Below, piece by piece: positions 8,253 through 17,761 of a stretch of 64,000 nucleotides of DNA. The stretch comes from Candidatus Peribacteraceae bacterium. GTDB lineage: Bacteria > Patescibacteriota > Gracilibacteria > Peribacterales > Peribacteraceae. How positions within the stretch are numbered: position 1 is the first letter of the stretch; the number at the start of each line of letters is the position of its first letter. The notes below the pieces were generated by a model. It had not been told where the DNA came from. It worked only from the letters and a program-made list of their open reading frames with translations, and did not search any database. The DNA lies in NCBI GenBank assembly GCA_028718905.1, contig JAQUKV010000004.1, positions 19,523-83,522 on the forward strand, given 5' to 3'. Made by a program: the position numbers and the translations under genes.

Positions 8253-9020
8253 CTATCGCGCGAACTCTTTCAAGTATTTCCGGATCGCAGCCTCATCCGG
8301 CTTCTCGACATTCGTGATGTAGTAGTACTCCTTCAACAGGATCTGTTTCCCGTTTGCCTTCCGCAACGCTTCCATGATCAGATCGTCCGGCGCGGTGTCG
8401 ATGTGGATGAGGATGGTAAGGAGGATATGCCTCGTTCCGTACGACACCTTCTCGACCCGGGAATTCCATCGTTCGCACGCTTTCGCGAACGCCCGCTTCG
8501 CCGCAGTCCGGCCTTTCGCTTGCCACGAGCGGGAACCGTCGGTGCCGATCACGACGTAGTAGCGCAATTGCTGACCCAGCCCACCCGAAGGCCCCATGAT
8601 CATGCCGCCCTCGTCCTCGTCGAGCAGGTCCATCTCGAGATACATCCGGCATTCCTCCAGACAGAGGACGGCCCATCCCTTCAGAGCGGGATCCGGCTTC
8701 TTCAGGTACTTGCAGAGGAGATCAAAGCTGCGGATGGTGCCGATGTGCGCCAGGCGGAACAGGAGTTCCCGCTTTTCATCCAATGATACGTTCTTGCCAA
8801 AGAGGCGCTTGGCGGAATGCAGCGCTTCCGTTTCGCTGCTCTGTTTGCAGTCAATCTTCTCATGGTATTGGACGTACGCCTTCTGCTCAGCAACGGGAAC
8901 ACGGATATCCGAACGGGCGACGGCAAATTGCGCTGAAATGTCCTTCGGGGAGGAGGCCATAGGATCAGAGTATGCCATTGCCTGCCGCATCCGGACAGAG
9001 TCCTTCAAAAGGCTTCGCAT
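8253..9020 (-). CDS. hypothetical protein
   Basis: 255-aa ORF with protein-like composition, no motif recognised. Confidence 0.55.
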   Translation of the reverse strand: MRSLLKDSVRMRQAMAYSDPMASSPKDISAQFAVARSDIRVPVAEQKAYVQYHEKIDCKQSSETEALHSAKRLFGKNVSLDEKRELLFRLAHIGTIRSFDLLCKYLKKPDPALKGWAVLCLEECRMYLEMDLLDEDEGGMIMGPSGGLGQQLRYYVVIGTDGSRSWQAKGRTAAKRAFAKACERWNSRVEKVSYGTRHILLTILIHIDTAPDDLIMEALRKANGKQILLKEYYYITNVEKPDEAAIRKYLKEFAR

Positions 9021-9071
9021 CGCGGAATACGGCAGGATGACATTATCCGGCTATGCTTCTAGACTGTACGC

Positions 9072-9980
9072 GTGTCCACCCATGTCGCTCTCTTCGAAGG
9101 CAAGTCCATCCGCCGCCTCTGGAACGCAGAGGAGGAGCAGTGGTACTTCTCGGTTATCGATGTCGTCGGTGTTCTTTCGCAGAGCGATAATCCACAAGTG
9201 TACTGGCGGGTGCTCAAGAAACGGCTCATGGACGAAGGTTCCTCTGAAACCGTTACAAAATGTAACGCTTTGAAAATGCGGGCGGTGGACGGGAAAATGC
9301 GCATCACGGACTGCGCCACAACCGAGACGATGCTCCGTATCATTCAATCCATTCCCTCCCCCAACGCGGAGCCATTCAAGCTGTGGCTCGCGCGGGTCGG
9401 CCACGAGCGCATAGAGGAAATGCACGACCCGGAACTCGGCATCAAACGTGCGCTGAACATCTTCCGCAAGAAAGGCTACAGTGACAGCTGGATCAACCAG
9501 CGTCTGAAGAGCATCGAGGTGCGCAAGCTCCTCACCGACGAATGGGAGAAACGCGGCGTAAAGAGGAACGATGAATTCGCCATCCTCACGGATGACATCA
9601 CGCTTGCCTGGGCGGGAATGGCGACGGGGGAGTACAAACGGTTCAAGGGGCTCAGGAAGGAAAATTTGCGTGACAACATGACGAACCTCGAGCTCGTTCT
9701 GAACATGCTGGCCGAAACCGCGACGACGGAAATTTCGGAGAAGAGGGAACCGCAAACCTGGGAGGAAAACAGGAAAGTCGCGCGCGAGGGCGGCGGGATC
9801 GCCGGCAACGCTCGCAAGCAGATCGAGAAGAAGACGGGCAAGAAAGCCATAAGCCCGAAGAGGTTCGAGCCGACCCTTCGACAACGCTCAGGGTCTATCG
9901 CAGATCGCTCAGATACGAGTGGCATGGGTCGATCAGAGCGCGGTCGAAGAGCGAAGAACTCGGAATTGTCTACCGGATAG
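9072..9980 (+). CDS. BRO-N domain / DNA-damage-inducible protein D (DinD)-like
   Basis: FEGKSIRRLWNAEEEQWYFSVIDVVGVLSQSDNPQVYWRVLKKRL...DGKMRITDCA is the BRO-N/DinD signature. Confidence 0.7.
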   Translation: MSTHVALFEGKSIRRLWNAEEEQWYFSVIDVVGVLSQSDNPQVYWRVLKKRLMDEGSSETVTKCNALKMRAVDGKMRITDCATTETMLRIIQSIPSPNAEPFKLWLARVGHERIEEMHDPELGIKRALNIFRKKGYSDSWINQRLKSIEVRKLLTDEWEKRGVKRNDEFAILTDDITLAWAGMATGEYKRFKGLRKENLRDNMTNLELVLNMLAETATTEISEKREPQTWEENRKVAREGGGIAGNARKQIEKKTGKKAISPKRFEPTLRQRSGSIADRSDTSGMGRSERGRRAKNSELSTG

Positions 9981-9984
9981 ATCC

Positions 9985-11471
9985 CTACCAGCTATCCGTG
10001 AGCAGCCGGTTCTGCATGTCGAATGCCTTGCGGGCATCGCCCTCGGCGAGGAGAAGCGCCACCTGCTGCGAGAGGAGATACGTCAAATAGAAGCCGAGAA
10101 GATCCGGCCCCTTGTCCTTCTGCTTTTTGTAAAGGGGATGGTCGAGATTGATGAAGACGATGCCGCCATCGGTGAATGCCGCGGGTATCTCCTTTCCGCA
10201 GTGCTCGAGCGCGCAGGTGATGCCGACGCCGCCGACCATGATGCGTCGCGCGGTGATGCTCTTCCCCTTGAGGTCGCGGACGCGGATTTTCTTGGCGGGA
10301 GGTTCTTTCTGTTCGGCCTGCCGCGGCTCTCCCTGCGGAAGCATTTGCCCTCCTCCCGCGAGCATCTGGTACGCCGGGACCGTTCCCTCTTCTCCCGGGT
10401 ATGCCGAGGGCGCCATGGCTTCGGCATTCGATTCCTGCGCCGTCGGATCAATTTCCCCGGTCGGCGCTACCACCTGCGGCGCGATGTCGGGGTTGCGGCG
10501 GATCGCGCGGCGCATGCGAGAGAGGGAATCTTTGAGCGCCTCATCCGCCTTCCGTTCCTCCTTCTGCTTCGCGATCTCCCGCGTGAGGCGGTCCACGGCG
10601 TGTACTTCTTTGATCAGTACCGCGACGAAGGAACGGTACTCCGGCGTATCCGTGATGAAGCGCGTCCGGTCGCTCGTGATGGGGAGGAAGTCCGCCTCGA
10701 TCTTCCCCCGAAGTCGCATAACGATGGGCAGCTCGATGCCGAACGTAGAGCGGCAGACGACGACGCTGCGCACGACGCACTCGATCCCCATGGCGTCGCC
10801 CTTGGGGAAGTTGGGAAGGATGAGTTCGCCGTGGATGGGGCCGTAGGGTGTCATTGTGTTCACGGGAAAGCGCCTCCCGGAAACATGCACGGCTTCCAGC
10901 CGCTTGCCGTTGAGGAAGATCTGGAAGTGCGGCGCGTTCAGAGGAAGCCTTTCGCGGACATACCGTTCGATGTCCGGGAGCGTGAATGCGCGCTTGAGAC
11001 GCTCGAGGGTTACCGTGGTGCCGTCGGATGACTCCGGATCGAGCGGGAGCGGGATGAGCGGGATGCGCCAGGAGTCGCTTGCTCTCCAGTCACGCTTGTC
11101 GAAGACGATCTCCGCCGCGAAGTCGCTGCGTTGCGTGCGGAGCCGGAACCGATCGCATGCCGAGAGCACGGCGAATTTCCCGATGCCGAACTGGCCGATG
11201 CGGTGCCGCGGAAGCGCGGCGAGAGCGGCGCGATTTTCTTGTTCTGCGATCCGATGTTGAAGTACTCGCGCAGTCCCGCCTCATCCATTCCCCAGCCGTC
11301 GTCGCGGACGGAGAGCCGATCCGGCACCGCCTCGATCCACACGTTCTCCGCGTCGGCGTCGTAGGCGTTGGAGATGAGTTCTCGAAGAAGCTCGAGGCTC
11401 TCCCCGTAGAGCCTCTCCCCGATCGTCACGAGATGGGATTTGTCGAACCGGATCTGGATTTCATCGGGCAT
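9985..11471 (-). pseudogene. GHKL (HATPase_c_3-type) ATP-binding protein with one frame break
   Basis: N-part LRELISNAYDADAENVWIE...VRDDGWGMDEAGLREYFNIGSQNKK in one frame; RHRIGQFGIGKFAVLSA and the remaining 390 aa in another; switch within 11205-11240 at an A-run. Confidence 0.65.
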
Positions 11472-11944
11472 GGACATCCATTCCATTGTGCATTGCCATG
11501 GTAGAACGGGCAAGGAAGACTCTACGATATCGCATTCAAAGTTCGGTTGCCTGAGGGAGGTGGGTCGCCCAAGAACCGCCGCTCCACCCATGTGGGCGGG
11601 TCTCTTGAGCCCAAAAGATGAAAGGGCAGTTCGACTCCACTGCGCTCCGCTCACTGTCATTCGACTCGAGTCGAATGGTGGAGGGAGATGGCCGTCTTCG
11701 TCTCGCTTTGCTCGACTTCGCCGTGCCTGGTAGGCATCGTCAAAATGAGCTCCGAAGCCAATCGCGGCGTAGTCCGCCGACGAAGCCGGAGTGCCCTTCG
11801 ACTCGTCGCTTCGCTTGGGTGCATGGCAGGCCACTCGGCCATCCCTCCACGTAAGCGGATTGTAGCTGACGTGAGGCGGTGCGTGTGCAATTTTCTGCCA
11901 TGTTCTTCTGCGTTCAGACTCTCTATTCTGTGATCCGGTTCTTC

Positions 11945-13384
11945 ATGCCCGCAAAGCTCCAGCGACGGCTCACGCTCCCGCTCTTCACGTTCTACGGGCT
12001 CGGATCCATTCTCGGAGCGGGCGTCTACGCGCTGGTGGGCAAGGTTGCCGGAGCGGCGGGGTTCTTCACGCCTGTCGCTTTCGTTGTTGCGGCCGTCGTC
12101 GCCGTGTTCACGGGGTTCTCGTATGCGGAGCTTTCGGCCCGCTATCCCAAGAGCGGGGGGGAGTCGATTTACACCATTCATGCGTTCGGCATTCCCGCAC
12201 TCTCCACCATGGTGGGTTTGCTCGGCGTCTTTTCGGCCATCGTTTCCGTCGGCGTCCTCACGGATGCATTCGTCGGCTACTTGCAGGTTTTTTTTCACGT
12301 CACGCCGTGGATCGCCACGCTGCTCACGGTGCTCATCGCCACGGCCATTGCCGTTCGCGGGATCAGGGAGTCCGCGTTCGCCGCTTCCGTTTTCACCCTC
12401 ATCGAGATCGGCGGGCTTCTCCTCATTCTCTGGGTGGGCCGGGCCGGTCTTGCCTCCTTTCCCGCGCACATCGGCGATTTTGTTCCGCCTTTGGACGGGG
12501 TCGTGTGGTCGGGCATTCTCACGGGAGCATTCATCGCGTTCTACGCGTACATCGGTTTCGAGGACATGGCGAACGTCGCGGAAGAGGTCAAAAATCCGCA
12601 CCACACTCTTCCTCTGGGGATTCTGCTGGCCATCGCCGTTTCAACGCTGCTGTACTGCGCGGTCGCAACGGTTGCCGTGCTCAGCCTGCCGGCACAGGAA
12701 CTCCGTACCACGGATGTCCCGCTCGCGCTCATTTACGAACGCACCACCGGATCGTCGCCCGTCATCATCACATTCATCGGCCTCTTCGCCATCGCGAACG
12801 GGATTCTGGTGCAGATCATTTTGGGGTCGCGGATTCTCTATGGGTTGAGCGGGCGAGGATGGCTTCCGGCATTTCTCCACCGTGTGCATCCCTCCACATC
12901 CACGCCGCTTGCGGCGACGCTCGTCGTCGCGGCGGCGGGTCTTCTGTTTGCGCTCTGGCTCCCGATTCTCCGTCTTGCCGAGCTCACCAGTTTCACGGTG
13001 CTCGTGATTTATGCGTTCGTGAACGCCGCATGTATGCGGGTGAAACTCCGCGATCCTCATCCGGAGGGGGTACGGACATTCCCGATCGTATTTCCTCTGC
13101 TTGGATTTATCATCATCGCCAGTTTCCTGATATACCGTGTGCGGGAGGCGGTGACGATTCCCGCGCCACGTTTCGAGACAGTACGAATGTCGGTTCCGCA
13201 GGGGGATCTCGTCTTGGATATGCGCGATCCCCGTGAAGTGTGCCTCGACCTTCAACAGGAAAGAGCAGGGATGCATCGCTGTACGCTCGAGGCGGCGAAA
13301 GCATCACAGATGGAGGAGGAATGCACGGACGGGATGAGCATTGCGGGGTGTTTTGCCTGTGAATTTACGTGTCCGCTGTTGTGA
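11945..13384 (+). CDS. APC-superfamily amino acid permease
   Basis: FTFYGLGSILGAGVYALVGKVAG...FSYAELSARYPKSGGESIY, ~12 predicted TM stretches. Confidence 0.8.
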   Translation: MPAKLQRRLTLPLFTFYGLGSILGAGVYALVGKVAGAAGFFTPVAFVVAAVVAVFTGFSYAELSARYPKSGGESIYTIHAFGIPALSTMVGLLGVFSAIVSVGVLTDAFVGYLQVFFHVTPWIATLLTVLIATAIAVRGIRESAFAASVFTLIEIGGLLLILWVGRAGLASFPAHIGDFVPPLDGVVWSGILTGAFIAFYAYIGFEDMANVAEEVKNPHHTLPLGILLAIAVSTLLYCAVATVAVLSLPAQELRTTDVPLALIYERTTGSSPVIITFIGLFAIANGILVQIILGSRILYGLSGRGWLPAFLHRVHPSTSTPLAATLVVAAAGLLFALWLPILRLAELTSFTVLVIYAFVNAACMRVKLRDPHPEGVRTFPIVFPLLGFIIIASFLIYRVREAVTIPAPRFETVRMSVPQGDLVLDMRDPREVCLDLQQERAGMHRCTLEAAKASQMEEECTDGMSIAGCFACEFTCPLL

Positions 13385-13567
13385 CTGCATTTCGCATCCC
13401 ATCCGGAAATGACGATATTTGCCAAACAGTGAGATCTACAGATTATTGCACTATTGGGCAATACGATGAAGTTTCCTGCAATCGACATAGGGTTGCTCCG
13501 CAGGGGAACCCCGAAGCGGTCAATTGAATATTTTAAGAGAATTTGCCCGAAAGACGTGTTTTTCCAC

Positions 13568-13597
13568 TTGCAGGGGGCAAATGGGGATGCGTAGAAT
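13568..13597 (+). promoter_or_regulatory. candidate sigma-70 promoter
   Basis: TTGCAG (13568-13573) - 18 nt - TAGAAT (13592-13597), ~33 nt upstream of ATG 13630. Confidence 0.3.
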
Positions 13598-13629
13598 CAC
13601 CCCGTTCCTTATTTTTTCCCCCCTATTTC

Positions 13630-13800
13630 ATGAGCTACGTCGTTGCTTCCAAGGTTAAGGAGCTCCTCAAGGGTTCCGACATGATGACGGCCGGTGATCT
13701 CGCCGATGCCGCCAGCAAGTACCTCGAGGACGCCCTCAAGAAGGCTGCCAAGCGCGCTCAGGAGAACGGCCGCAAGACGGTCCGCGCCTGCGACCTCTGA
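13630..13800 (+). CDS. small histone-fold-like protein (DUF1931-like)
   Basis: 56 aa MSYVVASKVKELLKG...LEDALKKAAKRAQENGRKTVRACDL, resembles single-domain bacterial histone-fold proteins (by eye). Confidence 0.45.
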   Translation: MSYVVASKVKELLKGSDMMTAGDLADAASKYLEDALKKAAKRAQENGRKTVRACDL

Positions 13801-13825
13801 ATCCTGTTTTCCTAGAGAAACCAAG

Positions 13826-13850
13826 AGCGCTCCGCAAGGGGCGCTTTTTT
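13826..13850 (+). terminator. rho-independent terminator
   Basis: AGCGCTCC-GCAA-GGGGCGCT hairpin (GNRA loop) followed by T6. Confidence 0.6.
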
Positions 13851-13853
13851 GGA

Positions 13854-13952
13854 GCAGTAAGCAGACCGCAGTACGCAGTAAGCGATACCACCCAATGGCC
13901 TATACAGTGCTTACCGCTTTCTGCGTACTACTGCGCCGCTGTACTGCGCTTC
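13854..13952. repeat. heptamer stutter repeat, inverted arm pair (GCAGTAA/GCAGTAC units)
   Basis: GCAGTAA GCAGACC GCAGTAC GCAGTAA GCG vs complementary arm 13905-13952, which also encodes the last residues of prfB. Confidence 0.7.
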
Positions 13953-15050
13953 AGTTCCGCATCGATGAACGACTGAATATCACCATCCAGAAACCCCGTG
14001 GTGTTGCTGGTCTCGGTATCGGTCCTGAGGTCTTTCACCATCTGGTACGGATGCAGGACGTAGCTTCGGATCTGCTGGCCGAAATCCGCGCTCTTCGAGG
14101 CACCCTTGAGCTCCGATTTTGTTTCCAGCTGTTCGCGGCGTTCCTTTTCGAGAAGTTTTGCGCGGAGCATGTTCATGGCCTGTTGCCGGTTTTGGAGTTG
14201 TGAGCGTTCGTTCTGGCATGCGACCACGATTCCGGTCGGCAGGTGCGTGATGCGGATGGCGGACTCCACCTTGTTCACGTTCTGGCCGCCCGCCCCGCCG
14301 CTCCTGTACGTATCGATCCTCAAATCCGAAGGATTGATCTCTATGCCCGTCGATTCCGGCAGCTCCGGCAACACCTCCACCAGGGCGAAGCTGGTTTGCC
14401 GCAGGTTCTTTGCGTTGAAAGGCGACAGACGCACGAGGCGGTGCGTCCCTTTCTCGCACTTCAGGTTGCCGTAGGAAAATTCGCCCTCCACGTGAATGGT
14501 GGCGGTTTTAATGCCCGCTTCCTGCCCGTCGGTCTTCTCGACGATGGTCGTCTTCCAGCGTTGTCGCTCGCAGTAGCGCAGGTACATGCGCATCAGCATC
14601 GCCGCCCAATCCTGCGCCTCGGTGCCGCCCGCTCCGCCGCTCACGGTGAGATAGCAGTTCTGCGCATCGAATTCGCCGCTCAGGTAGAGCTGCGTTTCGA
14701 GGGCGGCCCACTCCTGTGTCAGCCGTTCCACATCGGGTGCCAGCGCCTTCCGCTCTGCTTCCGTGGCCGCATTCGCCATTTCGAGCAGGGCATCAATTTC
14801 CTCCGCGATGGCCCGTACCGGTTCCCACTGTTTCTTGAGAATCTTGAGTTCGGCGAAGAGCGACTGCGCGCGCTTCTGGTCATTCCAGATATCCGCGGAG
14901 AGCGTCTGCGTTGTCAGTTCCTGAATGCGCTGGGGAATCTTTTTCGCCTCAAAGAGAGTCCTTTCCCGTGCTGATTGCGGACTTGAGGTCCCGAAGGTGC
15001 TGGAGCAGATCTTCCACGGAGAAAGGGGGGAGGAGGTACGGCGAAAGCAT
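13928..15050 (-). CDS. prfB: peptide chain release factor 2 with programmed +1 frameshift
   Basis: 33-codon leader [33 protein letters not shown] ends CTT TGA G (14954-14949) after an AGGA; +1 frame continues [10 protein letters not shown]... with SPF and GGQ motifs. Confidence 0.9.
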
Positions 15051-15087
15051 AGCGCATGCGGGTGCGGTTTGGTTAGTGCCTTTTGGG

Positions 15088-15181
15088 AAGCTATAAGACA
15101 TAAGCTGTAAGCGATAAGCGGCCAAGAAGATGCATGCGACTCGTGTTTATTGTTGCTTCTGTCTTACAGCTTATAGCTATT
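15088..15181. repeat. heptamer stutter repeat, inverted arm pair (ATAAGxx units)
   Basis: GCTATAA GACATAA GCTGTAA GCGATAA vs CTTACAGCTTATAGC arm; in divergent spacer prfB / 15261. Confidence 0.7.
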
Positions 15182-15260
15182 CAAACCATAGAATAGAAAT
15201 ACATCAAATTCACCTGCATATTCAAAATAACTCTTTTTGGCTATAATATAAGGAAAACAA

Positions 15261-15872
15261 ATGACAACTCTCCCCGCAGCGATCACCGGGAAACTGAGGG
15301 CGGACATGCCGGGTCCCCGGGAGGTGCTCCGGCGCGTGCTCTTTCCGTTCGCGCTCTTTTCGGTTGTGCTTTTGGCACTTCTCCTCCTGTCATGGTATCT
15401 GCTGCTGCCCCGGTTCACGCGCGTGGAATTGCACGGGGTCCCGCAGGATCCTTCCACATTGCAGACGTATGTGCAGGATCTACAGGATCAGACGAAGAAA
15501 ATGGAAGAGAAACGTCTGGCGCTCATCCTGCCTCTCGAAGGTTCGCCCTACGGCATTCTCGTGCAGGAAAAAATGTCCCAGCCGTCGCTCCTCGCCTTTC
15601 ATGAACAACTGAAGAATGTGGCGCGCACGTTCCTGCCGGAACAGTCGCAGGCCGTCTTCATTCAATCGATCAGTTTCGAGCGCGACGCCGTGATTCTTAC
15701 GGGTGATGTGCGCAACGTGGGACTCCAGAGCATGGCGGTGCTGGCACAATTCGTTTCGGCCGTCCGTGCGATGCCGGGTATCGGGCGCGTGGATTTTCCG
15801 TCGTTCACCCGCGAGCGGGATGAGAGCATCGGCTTCCATTCGCCGTTTACCCTCCGTATTCACTTTTCATGA
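15261..15872 (+). CDS. hypothetical single-pass membrane protein (PilN-like topology)
   Basis: 203 aa, one N-terminal TM (FPFALFSVVLLALLLLSWYLLL). Confidence 0.5.
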   Translation: MTTLPAAITGKLRADMPGPREVLRRVLFPFALFSVVLLALLLLSWYLLLPRFTRVELHGVPQDPSTLQTYVQDLQDQTKKMEEKRLALILPLEGSPYGILVQEKMSQPSLLAFHEQLKNVARTFLPEQSQAVFIQSISFERDAVILTGDVRNVGLQSMAVLAQFVSAVRAMPGIGRVDFPSFTRERDESIGFHSPFTLRIHFS

Positions 15873-16738
15873 TGCGTCTTTTCCGTTCGGTCGCCGGCTC
15901 ACCGCTCGTCCTCGCATTCGCGGGCGTCTTCTCTCTCACGCTTGCCGTTCCGATCCTCACGGCGCATATCCAGGAGGTGAAAACCGTGCGCGAGACCGCA
16001 CTGCCGCTTTTGGCCAGTTTGCCCCCTCTGGAGCGACGTCTCTCCCTTCTCAAGGAACAGGTGGAGGTGAGCGAACTGGATGCGGCGCTCAAGACGGGTT
16101 CGCAACTGGAGCGTGTGCGCGTCTCCGTGCTTCCGGCGGAGGCGGATATTCCCAGAGCGCTGGCGACACTCGAGTTGCTTCGTAGCCATCTGGAAGATCA
16201 GGGTGCCATCGGGTCACTGTCGCCGATCGAGGTCGGCAAGGAGCGACCGTACGGCGACGGACTTGCAGCCGTTCCTCTTACGTTCCAGCTCTCCGCGCGC
16301 ACCGACGGGCTGAAACGCGTGCTTTCCTTTGTGCGGCTGGCGGGGCTGGTGACCGTGGGCGATGCGCTCACGACTGCGGAAAAGAACGCCCTCATTCGCG
16401 CAACGGAAGAGGAGAATCCCGCGGGCATCGTGATGCTGGAACAATTCTTTGCCGCCGATTTGTTCGGTTATGCCGAGGAGCCGCGCCCGGTCGAGGAACA
16501 ACTCAAACGCTCCCTTCAGAGTGAAGGATTCATGACGGCGTTTGAACAAGCCGTCGGCACATCCCTTTTGAAAGACGCCAAGGAGTTCTTTCAGGGGCCG
16601 ATCGGTCCGGCCATTGCGCGTATGCATCTCTGGCCGATGGAATTTCTGGCCATTGACCGCCTCGAGTTCAAGCCGGGCTCCGCCCCGGACTGGTACCGCC
16701 TGACCGTGTCACTCTCGCTGATCCGCCGCACGAGCTAG
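15869..16738 (+). CDS. hypothetical membrane-anchored protein
   Basis: 289 aa, ATGA overlap with upstream gene, N-terminal TM. Confidence 0.5.
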   Translation: MMRLFRSVAGSPLVLAFAGVFSLTLAVPILTAHIQEVKTVRETALPLLASLPPLERRLSLLKEQVEVSELDAALKTGSQLERVRVSVLPAEADIPRALATLELLRSHLEDQGAIGSLSPIEVGKERPYGDGLAAVPLTFQLSARTDGLKRVLSFVRLAGLVTVGDALTTAEKNALIRATEEENPAGIVMLEQFFAADLFGYAEEPRPVEEQLKRSLQSEGFMTAFEQAVGTSLLKDAKEFFQGPIGPAIARMHLWPMEFLAIDRLEFKPGSAPDWYRLTVSLSLIRRTS

Positions 16739-16827
16739 AAGCCGGTTCCCGATCTACAAAGGGAATGCACTTGCCGCTTTTCTGCGCCTGGCCTAGGCTT
16801 CTCTCGTTTTCTTCCCTCCTTTTCCCT

Positions 16828-17370
16828 TTGCAGAAACGACGTCGCGGCCCGTACATTCCTCCCCGTCAGGAGAAGCGGCCGCGTATCAATGAACAGATCC
16901 GGGCGACGCAAGTGCTCCTGGTGGGTCCCGACGGGGCACAGGTCCGGCCGTTTGCCGAAGTCCTGCAGGAGGCGAAGGCGCAGGAGTTCGATGTGATCGA
17001 AGTTTCGCCCAAGGCCGATCCGCCCGTCGTGAAGATCGGGGATTTCGGGCAGTATCTCTATCAGTTGCGCAAGAAGGAGCGTAAGCAGCGTGTGCACAGT
17101 AAGCAGACGGAGGTGAAGATGCTGCGGTTCGGTTTCCGCACCGACAAGCACGATATCGAGCGACTGATGGAGCGTGCGAAGGAATTTTTCAAGGAGCGGC
17201 ATCTGGTCAAATTCGTCGTGCGGCTGCGCGGAAGGGAACTCGGGAACAAGGACTACGCCAAGGCCAAGCTTCTGGCCATCGTCGAGGGGCTTAAAGACTG
17301 TGCCGAGGTGGAACAGGATTTGAAGCAACAGGGGCCGATGTTCCATGTCATTCTTCGGGCCAAACATTGA
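16828..17370 (+). CDS. infC: translation initiation factor IF-3
   Basis: INEQIRATQVLLVGPDG...VKMLRFGFRTDKHDIE; no in-frame ATG near the N-terminus, TTG 16828 gives canonical 180 aa. Confidence 0.85.
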   Translation: MQKRRRGPYIPPRQEKRPRINEQIRATQVLLVGPDGAQVRPFAEVLQEAKAQEFDVIEVSPKADPPVVKIGDFGQYLYQLRKKERKQRVHSKQTEVKMLRFGFRTDKHDIERLMERAKEFFKERHLVKFVVRLRGRELGNKDYAKAKLLAIVEGLKDCAEVEQDLKQQGPMFHVILRAKH

Positions 17371-17447
17371 TAAGCAGTTCGTAGAACGCAGTACGCAGTA
17401 AGCTCGAGAAGTTATGCTTACTGCGTCATACGTACTGCTTACTACTG
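17371..17447. repeat. heptamer stutter repeat, inverted arm pair (CGCAGTA units)
   Basis: CGCAGTAAGC...GCTTACTGCG perfect 10-bp core, same unit family as 13854-13952. Confidence 0.7.
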
Positions 17448-17501
17448 ATTCTCAGGGATTTTCTTGGAACCAGCCTCCCTTTCCTATACAGTTTGCGCAC
17501 A

Positions 17502-17696
17502 ATGCCCAAGCTCAAATCCCACAGCGGCGCCAAGAAGCGGGTTTTTCGCACCGGCAAAGGAAGCATCGCCCTCAAGCGGCGTGGACGCGGGCACCTGCTG
17601 CAACAGAAGAGCAAGCGGCAGAAGAGTCTCAGTCGCACGCTTGTGGTGAGCCCTGTGCATCAACGCGCACTCTCTTCTCTTGCCCCCTACGCCTAA
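17502..17696 (+). CDS. rpmI: 50S ribosomal protein L35
   Basis: MPKLKSHSGAKKRVFRTGKG. Confidence 0.9.
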   Translation: MPKLKSHSGAKKRVFRTGKGSIALKRRGRGHLLQQKSKRQKSLSRTLVVSPVHQRALSSLAPYA

Positions 17697-17761
17697 GCTT
17701 CCATTAGTGTGTCATGGTTCGACAGCGCTCACCATGACGCGTCCTTCCCACTTTCCCTTCC

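Larger units (their letters stand above)
5225..11486. mobile_element. possible degraded genomic island next to the tRNA locus
   Basis: tRNA T-arm-like fragment 5275-5291, AT-rich junction 5300-5400, orphan genes, BRO-N/DinD-like gene, phage-type HTH gene, two frameshifted genes; no integrase seen. Confidence 0.3.

Noticed and set aside
11590-11860. Lysine (L-box) or other riboswitch upstream of the amino acid permease
   Set aside because: Only loose resemblances are present (TGAAAGGG, CCGACGAAGCC). The core L-box blocks are not present in order. I kept it only as an unexplained structured spacer.
14949-14951. In-frame TGA in prfB as a sign of UGA reassignment (code 4/25)
   Set aside because: It is the canonical RF2 frameshift site. 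TGA terminates many conserved genes here (nth, infC, otsA, the RumA-like gene), and RF2 itself is encoded.
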